Shown in pieces: positions 28,005 to 38,403 of a stretch of DNA of 42,909 nucleotides. The notes beneath the pieces were generated by a model. That model made no database searches. It was not told the origin of the DNA and saw only the letters and a program-made list of their open reading frames with translations. The stretch covers positions 1-42,909 of IMG/VR virus record IMGVR_UViG_3300029822_000863. One strand, 5' to 3'. This DNA comes from a virus. Positions within the stretch are counted from its first letter, which is position 1, and each line of letters opens with the position of its first letter. The translations under genes were made by a program, and so were the position numbers.

Positions 28005-28769
28005 ATGGCACAGATTAGATTAGAGCCTGGCAAAAGATTCAGAAGGGACGAAAGTTTCACCGAGACCGTGGTAGACTGTTACCTCGAGGAAAATGATTTC
28101 ACCGAGGATATCCACCTTGTAATCGAAACTGTGGATGAACCATATCTCAAAATCCCGTTGAAATACAAAACGTGGATTGAATACGACGGCGGAAGATCTC
28201 CAAGGTACGGTAGCAACGCGTATCGATTTTTCGAGTCTCTTGTCAATATCGGGGTCGACGTCGACATTGATGTTGATCGGATGGAAGTGCGGTTAACTCC
28301 TGCTCTGTGTGGGAAGGCAGTGTCGTTTGACGTGGAGCATAAGAGTTTCGCAAGTAAAACTGATATGGAAACTGTCACGGTTGGCGGTAGATCCGTGCAG
28401 CAACCTAAGATCATTGAGTTTGACGTGTGGACTGTCGCGAGGATCGGTGGAGATGGGCGTTCCGCAATCACCGAGTCACCGCTGAAACCTGATGTGCAGA
28501 ACGAAATTCCGGTGAACGAGGATGAAATCAAAGCTGGTTATATAGACTGCCTGAAAGAATTTGGATATGAGCCGTTCACGCTCCCGAACATAATCGGGGT
28601 CACAAACAGTTTTGCAAAATCGTTTGCTGGCAGCGTTAAAGACCAATACGCTGTGATGAAAAACAAAATGAAATATCTGGACGCCCTAGTGGTAGATGGT
28701 GTACTCGAAAAGTCACCAGATGGCAAGTACAGGTTTGTCGATGGCATGATTGAGGCTGTTGGGGCTTAA
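28005..28769 (+). CDS. Hypothetical protein, possible ssDNA-binding domain plus C-terminal winged helix
   Basis: 254 aa immediately upstream of the AAA ATPase; beta-rich N-half; function inferred from context. Confidence 0.6.
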   Translation: MAQIRLEPGKRFRRDESFTETVVDCYLEENDFTEDIHLVIETVDEPYLKIPLKYKTWIEYDGGRSPRYGSNAYRFFESLVNIGVDVDIDVDRMEVRLTPALCGKAVSFDVEHKSFASKTDMETVTVGGRSVQQPKIIEFDVWTVARIGGDGRSAITESPLKPDVQNEIPVNEDEIKAGYIDCLKEFGYEPFTLPNIIGVTNSFAKSFAGSVKDQYAVMKNKMKYLDALVVDGVLEKSPDGKYRFVDGMIEAVGA

Positions 28770-28798
28770 CCCCCTGTATAATAATTTTTGGGGATTAT

Positions 28799-29569
28799 AT
28801 GAAACTAACAAACTCGATTTCGATATCCGGGACAACCGGTACAGGAAAAACGTACGGTGCATGTAAAATTGCGAACGATCTCGGACTGAAAGCCGTGGTA
28901 ATCGACTTCGAAAACAAAACCGAAAAAACGGTTAGACTTCTTTTTCCAGAGTCGGTTAATAGATTTGAAATAATTCCCGTGATGATCAGGAAGGATGAAT
29001 CTAAGACAGATGTTACGAAAACTGGAAAGATTACACGGAATGATATGCGGATAGTACTAAAAAACGCACCTGACTATCTCAAGAGTTTCCTCCATCTCAA
29101 AGACGACGTGATAAACGGTGTACTTGGGAGAAACGATTTCGATGTTCTGATATATGACGGCGCGACACCGATTCTTCGCAATAATATGGGATTGGAGTAC
29201 TGGAAAATGTTGCACCCGGATCGTGAAAACCCAATGCCAGAAGAGTGGGGCGCAATGAATGACATTGAAAGGGCGTTCATCGAGGGTGGTATTGGGTGGG
29301 CAGAAGAAAATGACGGTCTGTTCATCGTAACTGGTCAAATGAAGGACCTCTATCGTGGTGACAAAGTGGTCGGTGAAGTCCCCGCAATTTCGATGAAAGT
29401 GCAGCACACGATAGATGTGACCCTGCAGGTAGAAAAGAAGATCGGGCTTAAGACAGAATATGTTTGTACTTGCCTTGACAGCATAAAGGGGCAGTGGGTT
29501 GAAAATCTGACATTTGATAGGCATGTACTTGATGTGTTGATCGAGAAAGAGCTAATTGGATACGATTGA
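28799..29569 (+). CDS. RecA-superfamily/AAA_24 (Sak4-like) ATPase
   Basis: ISISGTTGTGKT, VVIDFE, VLIYDG, VTGQMK. Confidence 0.75.
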   Translation: MKLTNSISISGTTGTGKTYGACKIANDLGLKAVVIDFENKTEKTVRLLFPESVNRFEIIPVMIRKDESKTDVTKTGKITRNDMRIVLKNAPDYLKSFLHLKDDVINGVLGRNDFDVLIYDGATPILRNNMGLEYWKMLHPDRENPMPEEWGAMNDIERAFIEGGIGWAEENDGLFIVTGQMKDLYRGDKVVGEVPAISMKVQHTIDVTLQVEKKIGLKTEYVCTCLDSIKGQWVENLTFDRHVLDVLIEKELIGYD

Positions 29570-29964
29570 TGTTGTGTACAGGGGCGTTTGAAATGGGGAG
29601 TGGATGTATAAAAATAACTGGTGTGCTTGATGATCGGTTCGTTGAACATGGACTGATTGAACTTGTTGAGTCTGATGGCGATTGTGTAAAAATGCGGCTC
29701 ACTCCGCTCGGAAACGTGTATTTCACCACGTCTGTGCATGATTATGCACGCTCGATGTTGGTTTCTGATAATCGGACGGTCGATGATGACATCGCGTTCT
29801 ACAGCGAACTCGGCTTGATCACCGTGGCGCGTGATCGATTTAGACCGACTCCGTTTGGTATCGATAAAGTGTTCTTCGTGCTTGGGTTCGACGATGGTCG
29901 GCTTGAATTTGCGAAGTCTGCGCTACTTCGGTACCCCTGGATTGGTGGAAAATCAGATGTCTGA
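29566..29964 (+). CDS. Hypothetical protein
   Basis: 132 aa, overlap-coupled. Confidence 0.55.
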   Translation: MMLCTGAFEMGSGCIKITGVLDDRFVEHGLIELVESDGDCVKMRLTPLGNVYFTTSVHDYARSMLVSDNRTVDDDIAFYSELGLITVARDRFRPTPFGIDKVFFVLGFDDGRLEFAKSALLRYPWIGGKSDV

Positions 29965-29972
29965 GGCAATTC

Positions 29973-30791
29973 ATGGCAGACGATGAACAGAAATTTAGTG
30001 GGTTGTTGTTGACTGCTGACACCCGGGAACAGTCTGCGATAATCCAGAACAGAAATGTTCCTAGCGCAATCATCAAAGGGAAACTGATTTCTGAATATTC
30101 GGACATCGAAATTGCAAAGCTGATGAAGCAGCGCCCTCGCATATGGTCGTTGGCGAATTATTGTATGCAGCGTGGAGCCGATGCCGTCATTGACAATCTC
30201 GACAGATGTGATTATAAAATTGAGGGCGTTTATAACGGGAAAGTTGTTAGTCTGGGAATTGAGTACAAAACGCTCGTTGATATTGCCGGATCAATTGACG
30301 ATTTGGCTTGGAAATTGCCAGAAGCGTACGCGCATTTTGACGAAGTCGCACTGCTTGTCGAGGGTAGGCTCAATATCGTACAAAAACAGAATTTTTACTA
30401 TGTGCGCAACTATGCAAACGATGATGCGAGTGTGCTGCGATTTGATCGGTTGACCGGACATCTCGAAACGTGGCGTCGGCTTGGTATTCATGTCAGGCAA
30501 TTCGAAAACGTTGGTATGTTTCCAATCGTGGTTGGGGACATGTTGAATTACATGACAAATGATTGTCATACAACGTTTTCCACTCGGAAACCATGCAACG
30601 GGGATATTGTATTGAAAATGCTTTGCCAGGTTCCAGGAATTGGTTTAAAGACAATTTCAAAGATGTTGGTAAAAGAAAAATTCACAATGTTTGAGCTTGT
30701 AAACATGGACATTGAAAAACTCAAAAAACTAGCAGGCAACGACAAAGGAACCAGAATTTTCAATGCATTTCACAACACTGAACAAGAATAA
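29973..30791 (+). CDS. ERCC4/XPF-like nuclease with HhH
   Basis: ADTRE...DY...IEYKTLVD, LLVEG, QVPGIGLKT. Confidence 0.8.
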   Translation: MADDEQKFSGLLLTADTREQSAIIQNRNVPSAIIKGKLISEYSDIEIAKLMKQRPRIWSLANYCMQRGADAVIDNLDRCDYKIEGVYNGKVVSLGIEYKTLVDIAGSIDDLAWKLPEAYAHFDEVALLVEGRLNIVQKQNFYYVRNYANDDASVLRFDRLTGHLETWRRLGIHVRQFENVGMFPIVVGDMLNYMTNDCHTTFSTRKPCNGDIVLKMLCQVPGIGLKTISKMLVKEKFTMFELVNMDIEKLKKLAGNDKGTRIFNAFHNTEQE

Positions 30792-30871
30792 AATTTAGTC
30801 GGTGGATAACTATATATAGAAAAAAGGCTTAGTAAGTTAGATGAATTATTGATAACGGGGGAACAACAAAA

Positions 30872-31594
30872 ATGTATAAAGTTACCATGATGGCCGGACA
30901 GCTAAAAAGGTTTGTTAAGTTGCTTATGGAAATCGGAAACGAGGCAAAAATAGAGTTCACAAAGGAAACAATACACTCTAGGTTACTCGATGATGCAAAT
31001 TGCGCTATCATTGATGTGACGCTTAACAGAAATGCATTCATTGAGTATGAGCCAAGAGAGGCAACATTTGAAAACCCTGTAATAATCGGGGTTGATCTTG
31101 TGAAACTCAGTGCGGCAATAGGGCCAGCAGGGAAATTGTCAGAGATAACGCTTGAAGAATTCAATGGCAAAACCCAGGTGGCGTTTGATGGAATGTTTTT
31201 TAAGTTGCCTATTCTTGATCCAGTTGCAATGAAAGCCACGTGTCGGATGCCAGACATTGCGTTTCCGGTGACTGTTGAAATTGACTCTGACTTTTTTAAG
31301 TCTGCGCTTGCTGGTGTTAAGACCGTAAAGGGTGACGTTGTAATTGCAACAGAAGGAAACACGCTAACCTTTAAATCCGACTCTGACGACGGCAACTCGT
31401 TTGAATTCCCGGTAACTGTGGAAGGCAATTACGAGAAAACCGAATCCATGTACGCGGATTCATACATTAAAACGGCCGGAATGTTCGAGGGAGAAATCGA
31501 GATGAGATATGGAAACGAACTTCCTATAATTTTCAGGAATTTTACTGAGGAAATGACGACTATTTACATGGTGGCACCAAGATTATTGAAATGA
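30872..31594 (+). CDS. pcn: PCNA sliding clamp
   Basis: 240 aa, archaeal PCNA pattern (EAKIEFTKETIHSRLLDDANCAII, IGVDL, ELPI...YMVAPR). Confidence 0.9.
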   Translation: MYKVTMMAGQLKRFVKLLMEIGNEAKIEFTKETIHSRLLDDANCAIIDVTLNRNAFIEYEPREATFENPVIIGVDLVKLSAAIGPAGKLSEITLEEFNGKTQVAFDGMFFKLPILDPVAMKATCRMPDIAFPVTVEIDSDFFKSALAGVKTVKGDVVIATEGNTLTFKSDSDDGNSFEFPVTVEGNYEKTESMYADSYIKTAGMFEGEIEMRYGNELPIIFRNFTEEMTTIYMVAPRLLK

Positions 31595-31809
31595 ACGGGG
31601 GAAACGAGATGGTACAGAAACAGATTACATTTTGTGGGGAAGAGACCGAGCTTGATTGTATGAACCGAACCGGGTTATTTATGCGCCTGAATCCTAAAAG
31701 TAAACAGGAAGTTGAGGACTGTATTAATCCGTTGTATAGAAAGGCAGTCGGGGGAAACGCAAGGGAAAATGGTAAAATGCCTGAAAAACCATTAAACGAA
31801 TTTGAGTGA
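31591..31809 (+). CDS. Hypothetical protein
   Basis: 72 aa, overlap-coupled. Confidence 0.5.
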   Translation: MNGGNEMVQKQITFCGEETELDCMNRTGLFMRLNPKSKQEVEDCINPLYRKAVGGNARENGKMPEKPLNEFE

Positions 31810-32458
31810 GGCAATTACAATGGCTCATCGTGTTTTTTCATCAAGCCAAAACAGAATAATTGCGAAGGACATAACCGATGCAAGAGAAAAAATTGTAAGA
31901 GAGATCTGGAACAATGGGGAAAGGGTTGTTGACCAGAGAGGAGAGGCAACCCGGGAAATAATCGGACTTGAAGTAATTGTCATGTCCGGCAATCTCGTCG
32001 CGGGGAAGACGATATTGTTGCAGGCGGATGATTTCGCGACCGGACTGTTAAACGACCACATTGCTTTATCGAAGGGCGAAGCGTTTGATTACAGTTACGG
32101 TGAGAGACTGAGACGCGCAAATCAGCTCAATGTGGTTATTGAGTTGCTCAAGACTGATTCGAATACTAGGCGGGCATATCTCCCGATTTTTCAGCCGATC
32201 GACAATTTCAGCGACGTGGAAAAACCATGTTGGGCATCGTTGCAGTTCATAATAAGAAACGGAAGACTTGATTTAATTGATTATTTCAGGTCAAACGAGT
32301 GTTGTATTGCAATTCCGTCGGATATGTACGGGGCTTACAAACTGCTTGAATACGTCGCTGAAAAAGTCGGGGTTATGCCTGGTTGGATATATCATTACAT
32401 CGCTTGCGCGCATCTGCGCGAGTCTGATTATGATACAATAAAATTGTTCATTAAATGA
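31802..32458 (+). CDS. thyA: Thymidylate synthase (short archaeal ThyA type)
   Basis: YSYGERL, NTRRA, KPCWASLQF (catalytic Cys), YFRSNE, AHL. Confidence 0.85.
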   Translation: MSEAITMAHRVFSSSQNRIIAKDITDAREKIVREIWNNGERVVDQRGEATREIIGLEVIVMSGNLVAGKTILLQADDFATGLLNDHIALSKGEAFDYSYGERLRRANQLNVVIELLKTDSNTRRAYLPIFQPIDNFSDVEKPCWASLQFIIRNGRLDLIDYFRSNECCIAIPSDMYGAYKLLEYVAEKVGVMPGWIYHYIACAHLRESDYDTIKLFIK

Positions 32459-32470
32459 GGAGTTGGGGAT

Positions 32471-32644
32471 ATGGATGGGGGTATCGAGTGCCGTAATTGT
32501 GATCATTGGTATCGGATATGCGGACGTTCCGTGGAAGGGATGTGCCGGAAGACTGGAGCGAAAGATCAGAAAATTACGCTATACATTTGTTCATGTGAGC
32601 ATGCCGTTGAGGCTAAATCGAGTGTAGGTGGGTTGAAAATATGA
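32471..32644 (+). CDS. Cys-rich miniprotein (57 aa, not in ORF track)
   Basis: Manual translation MDGGIECRNCDHWYRICGRSVEGMCRKT...ICSCEH. Confidence 0.55.
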   Translation: MDGGIECRNCDHWYRICGRSVEGMCRKTGAKDQKITLYICSCEHAVEAKSSVGGLKI

Positions 32645-32790
32645 TCGTTGGGAAAGGTCGATTTGGGGAGTATAGGAATTGCTCAACCTGTGCTAGGTAT
32701 GATGATGCAACGTCTTCTTGCGCCGTATATGGCGCTGACACGTTGTATGATAAGGTGTATATGTCGTGTTATATGTATGGAAAGAGATGA
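32641..32790 (+). CDS. Cys-rich miniprotein (49 aa, not in ORF track)
   Basis: ATGA overlaps at both ends; NCSTCARY...SCAVY...SCYMY. Confidence 0.55.
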   Translation: MIVGKGRFGEYRNCSTCARYDDATSSCAVYGADTLYDKVYMSCYMYGKR

Positions 32791-33053
32791 TTTGCATGGA
32801 AAGTATGGAAAATGGTCCGTCGTTTTGTGATGAGCTTTATGAGGATGAAATTGCTGGAAATTCGGAATGGATTGAGTTGATACCGAAATGCATTGTCACG
32901 GTTACTGTGATCGGTGAGGTCTGTCTGTTTATGGGCGCGTTTGAAGGGCTATCTGCTCATGTGGTCGTGCCGTTTGTGGTGTTTGTATCGGCAATCCTGC
33001 AGTATATGCTTTTCCGCAAGTATCACGAGCTTGTTTCATCTCGCTCTATGTGA
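32787..33053 (+). CDS. Small two-TM protein
   Basis: ATGA overlap; two hydrophobic segments. Confidence 0.55.
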   Translation: MICMESMENGPSFCDELYEDEIAGNSEWIELIPKCIVTVTVIGEVCLFMGAFEGLSAHVVVPFVVFVSAILQYMLFRKYHELVSSRSM

Positions 33054-33069
33054 ACGGTTGGTGTGCTGA

Positions 33070-34698
33070 ATGATAGAATGTTTTCCGTCGACTAATAAAA
33101 TAAAAACATATCGAGAGCAGCAGCTCGAAATTGTCAACTGGATCGAAAATGGACTGAATGCAGGAAAAACGAAGTTCATTATTTGTGCACCGACTGGATC
33201 TGGAAAAAGCGCAGTGGCTAAATGCATTGGCAATTACTTCGAGAAACTGGGTAAGAAGACCTTGATCACGTCACCGCTAAATACTCTCGTGGATCAATAC
33301 GAGGAGTTTGCGGATGATCAGAACGGGAGCCAGTTGGTCACATTGAAAGGAAAGTCTAATTATCCGTGTCTGGCTCGATATGAGCTCCGAGGAAACGTGC
33401 TTGATAATTGCGAGAATGGGTTCTGTGCTGGGGACATCTGCTCAATGGACTACGACGCGGGCAAGAAGATCATATATAAAAAACGTAATTGCAAAAACTG
33501 TCGGGTGGACTGCCCCTGCAACCACTGTAAATATAAGGGTGTAATGCGTGAATTCAAACAATCTATGATTGGGAATACAAATTTCACCTTGTTGCAGATG
33601 GGCATCACGAATGATCCCGATGTGCTGATTGTGGATGAATCTGATTACATCGAACCATTCATCCGAATGTTCAGATCTGTGACGATCTCGGAGTGTTGGG
33701 ATTTTGATGACTGGGATGCGCATTTGGTGTGTCTTGATGAACTCTCTAAGCAGCTTGAGTATGAACTCAATCATCTGCAACCATCTGTTGATAATATTCG
33801 ACGAAAAAAACGCCTGGAAATGCAGATATTCAAAATACGTGCGATGTTGAATGACTTTGTGTCGCATCAGGAAAAGTGGGTCGTAAAACACAACAACGAA
33901 AAAACGACTTCGTATGAACCAATTTCAATAGGTAGGTTCATCGACGACGCACTAAAGACCGATGAAAGAATTGTGTTCATGATATCGGCTACTCCGGAGA
34001 AAATCGACGGATGGGAATTTCTCGAAGTCGGTAGTCCATTTCCGGCGCACATCCGGCCGATAAAATATATACCAGTTGGATCACTGAGTCTGAAAAACAG
34101 GAGTTCTACAATTCCAGTGCTCGCTGATTTCCTGCGCCGGGGAAACTTGAGATGGCTCGTGCCTGGCAAAACTATTGTACATGTTCCGAGTTACGCCGTC
34201 GCGGCTGAGTTGGGACAGGAAATCGTTAAACGTAGTGGTGGGCTTGTTCGGCCAATCGTGCAGACGCGCGAATGTAGTATGTTGGGTGGCATTGAGGGGG
34301 CTGCCCTGCGAAAAGATGTGATCGAGAAGTTCAAAACATCAACTGAGCCATGGCAGATATTAATTGCTGTAAATATGGGGCGTGGAATTGACCTACCCGA
34401 GTTGGGAATAAAAAACAACATAATAACTTGTCTCAAACGACCAAACCCCACTGATCCGCTCGTGAAGGCCAAACTGCGCCACTTGGGAGGTGGGTGGGCG
34501 TTCACTGAAACTGCAAACGAGCTGATGCAGAGTTATGGCAGGATCAACCGGAACGGAGACAAAACAACGAATACAATTATAACTGAACCGGAGTTTGAAA
34601 AATTCATGAGGTTGCATGGTGATAAATTTAGAGGGTGGTTCACCGAAGCAATTGTAGTTGGGGGGAAATGGGCACATGCCGACAATTGGAAAAATTGA
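33070..34698 (+). CDS. SF2 helicase, Rad3/XPD/DinG-like with Cys-rich insert
   Basis: APTGSGKS, KGKSNYPC, DESD, SAT, GRGIDLP, QSYGRINR. Confidence 0.88.
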   Translation: MIECFPSTNKIKTYREQQLEIVNWIENGLNAGKTKFIICAPTGSGKSAVAKCIGNYFEKLGKKTLITSPLNTLVDQYEEFADDQNGSQLVTLKGKSNYPCLARYELRGNVLDNCENGFCAGDICSMDYDAGKKIIYKKRNCKNCRVDCPCNHCKYKGVMREFKQSMIGNTNFTLLQMGITNDPDVLIVDESDYIEPFIRMFRSVTISECWDFDDWDAHLVCLDELSKQLEYELNHLQPSVDNIRRKKRLEMQIFKIRAMLNDFVSHQEKWVVKHNNEKTTSYEPISIGRFIDDALKTDERIVFMISATPEKIDGWEFLEVGSPFPAHIRPIKYIPVGSLSLKNRSSTIPVLADFLRRGNLRWLVPGKTIVHVPSYAVAAELGQEIVKRSGGLVRPIVQTRECSMLGGIEGAALRKDVIEKFKTSTEPWQILIAVNMGRGIDLPELGIKNNIITCLKRPNPTDPLVKAKLRHLGGGWAFTETANELMQSYGRINRNGDKTTNTIITEPEFEKFMRLHGDKFRGWFTEAIVVGGKWAHADNWKN

Positions 34699-35020
34699 GT
34701 ATGTCAGCCGAAACACGAACGTTGTTGTGGTAAACGTTCCCGTGTACGGGCGCGTTGAGTGCGTGGCATCGATGTCGGATGAAATATTTGACATCATCGC
34801 GGTCAGTGATAAAGTGCTCTACGGGGTTGTTGAAATTTTGCCAACCGAGGCGTATTTTCTCCGCGCGCTGAATCAGAAGGACGTGGCGAATGCGGTGAAG
34901 GCAAATCCACGCATGTGCGTGTGTGATTTTTGTAGCAGGGTATGTCAGCGCGCTGACTGTGTGGGATTTAAATGGAGTGGGATGTTTGACGTCGATGAGG
35001 GTATTCGGGGGTATTGCTGA
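34676..35020 (+). CDS. Hypothetical protein with C-terminal Cys cluster
   Basis: CVCDFCSRVCQRADC. Confidence 0.55.
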   Translation: MPTIGKIEYVSRNTNVVVVNVPVYGRVECVASMSDEIFDIIAVSDKVLYGVVEILPTEAYFLRALNQKDVANAVKANPRMCVCDFCSRVCQRADCVGFKWSGMFDVDEGIRGYC

Positions 35021-35259
35021 TGTTTTTCAAGGTGGCTGGTTATGCCGGTGTCATGCTTGGGTTAATCGGGTCGGCGTTCGTCGCGTTTGACCAGTGTCTG
35101 TATGCGAATTGCATTTGGTTGGTAGGCAATGTATTGCTAGCGATTGATGCATACCGGCATAAAAATTACAAGAGTATTCTGCTATTCCTTGGGTATGAAA
35201 TTGTTGCTACTGTTGGGGTAGTCAGATACCTAAATTTGAATGGGGGGTTCCCACTTTAA
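35014..35259 (+). CDS. Small three-TM protein (half-PnuC/SemiSWEET-like size)
   Basis: 81 aa with three hydrophobic segments. Confidence 0.55.
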   Translation: MLMFFKVAGYAGVMLGLIGSAFVAFDQCLYANCIWLVGNVLLAIDAYRHKNYKSILLFLGYEIVATVGVVRYLNLNGGFPL

Positions 35260-35345
35260 AAACCAATAAACTTTTTATAGTTTGGCCACATACATGGTAA
35301 ATAAATTAGTTGAATTGAGTGAGTTTGATTTTGGGGGGAAAATTG

Positions 35346-35792
35346 ATGAGTTACGGCAGTGTTCGTGAGTCGAAGCGGTTTCTAGCGACGTTTCAGGTCG
35401 GCACGTCGCTTTCAAAAGCCCGGAGACATTATCACAATTACATAGATAATCGTTCGTTTGGTGATTTTCTACACTGTGGTAGCCGTGGAAAGGTCACGGT
35501 AAAGCCGTTGGATCGGATGATGCGATGGCGGGTTATATATATTTTCGGTGGGGCGTGTGCAATATGTGGGGACCCTGAGCGACTCGAGGTTCATCATATC
35601 GTGCCGCGATCGCGCTGTGGGACAAACGATATTTCAAACCTTGTCCCGCTCTGTCATGACTGTCACTGCGCCATTCACGAAATGTCTATGATGCGTGGTA
35701 GTGTGTCTGTGCGTGGAAACGTGCCATACGCAGAACGTTTCTGCGGCGTTTTGTCTCAGGACGTCGCATACTGCAATGGGTTGGTGGCGTGA
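35346..35792 (+). CDS. HNH endonuclease
   Basis: CAICG...EVHHIVPRS...NLVPLCHDCHCAIH. Confidence 0.85.
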   Translation: MSYGSVRESKRFLATFQVGTSLSKARRHYHNYIDNRSFGDFLHCGSRGKVTVKPLDRMMRWRVIYIFGGACAICGDPERLEVHHIVPRSRCGTNDISNLVPLCHDCHCAIHEMSMMRGSVSVRGNVPYAERFCGVLSQDVAYCNGLVA

Positions 35793-37199
35793 ATGTTGGA
35801 TGCGCGAGAGATCCGTGCGCACTATAAACGCCCTGAAATTGTCGAGGCAATTACAAGAATCTCGACTTTCGGTAATTGCAGTAGATCTGGGATGAAATTC
35901 ATCCCATGTGCGTACACTGACCGGGAAACTGGGGAAATCCGTGACGCGATGGATTGGTATAACCTTCGCCCTGGAAGCAGGAGAGTGAAGAAAAAAATCA
36001 ATCTGTCGAGCATGAAACACTATTTCAATGCCGTGACCGAGTGCAGAACGCTGTACTGGACTCTGAATGTATTTGAAAACGAAATATTCGACGTTGATTA
36101 TAGGCGGGTCGATGTGGTGGATGGCCCCATGCTGAGCAGGTCATACACAGTTGGGTATACGCTCGGAATTGACATAGACAGAGGGCGTGGATGTGACATC
36201 CATGATCCGGATGTAAAACGTGCCGTCGAGGATATGGCACAATTTTTCACGGATCAATTGCGCGTGTATCTTCCCGATTCAGTGTATGTTTTGTACTCTG
36301 GTGGGGGGATATATATAATGCTGCATCACAGAGCATTTGAAAAATATTTCGATCGGTTCAGATATTCGGACGATTGGGATATGATGTTGCTGACCTTCCT
36401 TGACGCATTCGATTGTCTGATTGGGGACATGCGAGAGGCGTTTTTCAAGGCGTTTCCTCATCACGTGGGGAAAGTCAAGCCGGATCAGTTGAATGGCTCC
36501 CAACGTGTCTTCAAGACGATCTACAGCGTACACAAAACGCTTGATTATGCGGTTGTCCCGCTGGACCCGGATGACATCAAGATCAACTTTGATGATGCGA
36601 CACTTCCACTGTCCGACTCTGTGATTGCCAGTGGAAAGTCCTGGTACACCCAGTGGGTCGATGGAACGGAATTTCTGAACAATGTACTCAAACCGTATCT
36701 TGAAAATTCGTACAAAAACAGAAGATCTGTGATAAGCCGCGTGGGTGGTGGAGAAGTTGCAATTTCAGAGATGCCGATTGGATACGAAAAATGGGCACCG
36801 TGTATGAAAAATCTATTCGAGTTGGAAAGTTGTGGAGAGGGCGCGACCAGGGCGCTCGCGGTGTTCTGCAGCTATTTGGGACAGATTGGGATTCCCGAAG
36901 ACGAAGCATTTGAATGGTTTAATATGCTCGCTAGCAGGTGGAATGCCAGGACAAGTAACCTGTTCGAGAGCTATTACCGGAATATGAAAGTTCCGACATG
37001 CGAACGACTCAATGCGCTTGACAACGTTGGATTTCCAAGGGGTGTTTCTCTTCGCAATCTCTGTGTTTGTGCGCCGGACGATCGTTGCAGGAAAGTCCCG
37101 TCTCCGCTATATTACTCGGATGCGGATGCTGAGAAAAAACGAATGGAAAGTAAAGCCGATCGAGTAGTCGAATATAAACCAGTTATAAATTTGAGGTAG
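35793..37199 (+). CDS. Archaeo-eukaryotic primase with fused PriL-like C-terminal domain
   Basis: GIDID, YSGGGIYIMLH, RVFKTIYSVH; C-terminal WAPCMK...PTCERL...C-C Cys cluster. Confidence 0.8.
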   Translation: MLDAREIRAHYKRPEIVEAITRISTFGNCSRSGMKFIPCAYTDRETGEIRDAMDWYNLRPGSRRVKKKINLSSMKHYFNAVTECRTLYWTLNVFENEIFDVDYRRVDVVDGPMLSRSYTVGYTLGIDIDRGRGCDIHDPDVKRAVEDMAQFFTDQLRVYLPDSVYVLYSGGGIYIMLHHRAFEKYFDRFRYSDDWDMMLLTFLDAFDCLIGDMREAFFKAFPHHVGKVKPDQLNGSQRVFKTIYSVHKTLDYAVVPLDPDDIKINFDDATLPLSDSVIASGKSWYTQWVDGTEFLNNVLKPYLENSYKNRRSVISRVGGGEVAISEMPIGYEKWAPCMKNLFELESCGEGATRALAVFCSYLGQIGIPEDEAFEWFNMLASRWNARTSNLFESYYRNMKVPTCERLNALDNVGFPRGVSLRNLCVCAPDDRCRKVPSPLYYSDADAEKKRMESKADRVVEYKPVINLR

Positions 37200-37224
37200 A
37201 AAGGATTTCTGTTGAGGCAATTGT

Positions 37225-37518
37225 ATGAAAATATCGGAACTGCAGAAGGAAATTCACAGAAACGCAATTGAGCATGGGTGGTGGGAGGATCAGCGTCCAA
37301 TCCCGGAGCTGCTCTGCCTTGTCCATGCTGAGGTATCCGAAGCACTTGAAGCGTACAGAAAACGCGATGATGAGCATATGGCTGAAGAGCTCGCGGATAT
37401 TGTAATAAGAGTTATGGATATGTGCGAGGCGTATGATATCGATCTTGCGCACGAAATTACAAGAAAGCACGAAATAAACAAGCTTAGACCGTATAGACAT
37501 GGAAACAAGCGGTGTTGA
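37225..37518 (+). CDS. MazG-like NTP pyrophosphohydrolase
   Basis: HAEVSEALEA...EELADIVIR. Confidence 0.85.
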   Translation: MKISELQKEIHRNAIEHGWWEDQRPIPELLCLVHAEVSEALEAYRKRDDEHMAEELADIVIRVMDMCEAYDIDLAHEITRKHEINKLRPYRHGNKRC

Positions 37519-37611
37519 AATATGGGTACAAAAGACGAGATCCTGCTTGATATCATAGAAAAGGAAGTGAACTAAAGCGATCTCACATTTATTAACAATA
37601 GGTGATTAATT

Positions 37612-37947
37612 ATGGAATTAACTATCCGTGAAAACGTGAGTGAGCAGATTTACAATTGTATATGTCAAACTGCTGATGCAAAAGGGTACATGGTCATTGA
37701 AACAGATTACGAATTTGGGAGTAGCTATTGTCTGTATAAACAATGTAATTGGTTCAAGCGACTTTTCAAACGGCATGTGTTACGATTTTCGTACAGGAGT
37801 TGTAAAATGTATATACATGGTGTTAATGAAAATAATTACGATGACACGATAAATTTAATCGAACGGATGTTTAGTGGCATCGATGGGTTGGAGATTGTAA
37901 TTGAGAAGAATTTCAGGACATGCAGAACTCGGAGTGATACAATATGA
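37612..37947 (+). CDS. Hypothetical protein
   Basis: 111 aa, GGTGA RBS. Confidence 0.6.
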   Translation: MELTIRENVSEQIYNCICQTADAKGYMVIETDYEFGSSYCLYKQCNWFKRLFKRHVLRFSYRSCKMYIHGVNENNYDDTINLIERMFSGIDGLEIVIEKNFRTCRTRSDTI

Positions 37948-38387
37948 CTACTAGACCACGAATCGATGTATACTTTCTAAACATCGCTTCTGTTGTTGCG
38001 ACCCGATCTACGTGCCTACGTAATCACGTAGGCTCAGTAATTGTCAAGAATAAGAGGATTCTTTCGACTGGGTATAATGGGGCTCCGAGTGGCATGGAGC
38101 ATTGCCTAGACATTGGGTGTGTGCGCGACTTGGAGAATATTCCATCGGGCACTAGGCATGAAAAGTGTAGGGCAGTGCATTCAGAACAGAATGCAATTAT
38201 CCAGGCTGCGATTCATGGAGTCAGTATAGAAGGAGCAACCATTTACTGTACACACCAGCCCTGTATTCTTTGCGCCAAGATGATTATTAACGCAAACATC
38301 AAAAGGGTCGTATATCGGAATGGATATCCGGACGAAGATTCGTTAAAATTCCTACACGACGCATCGATTGAAGTTGAAAGGGTATAA
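37944..38387 (+). CDS. dCMP deaminase
   Basis: GYNG, HSEQNA, PCILC. Confidence 0.92.
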   Translation: MTTRPRIDVYFLNIASVVATRSTCLRNHVGSVIVKNKRILSTGYNGAPSGMEHCLDIGCVRDLENIPSGTRHEKCRAVHSEQNAIIQAAIHGVSIEGATIYCTHQPCILCAKMIINANIKRVVYRNGYPDEDSLKFLHDASIEVERV

Positions 38388-38403
38388 TGGATGTGTCTGG
38401 GGG

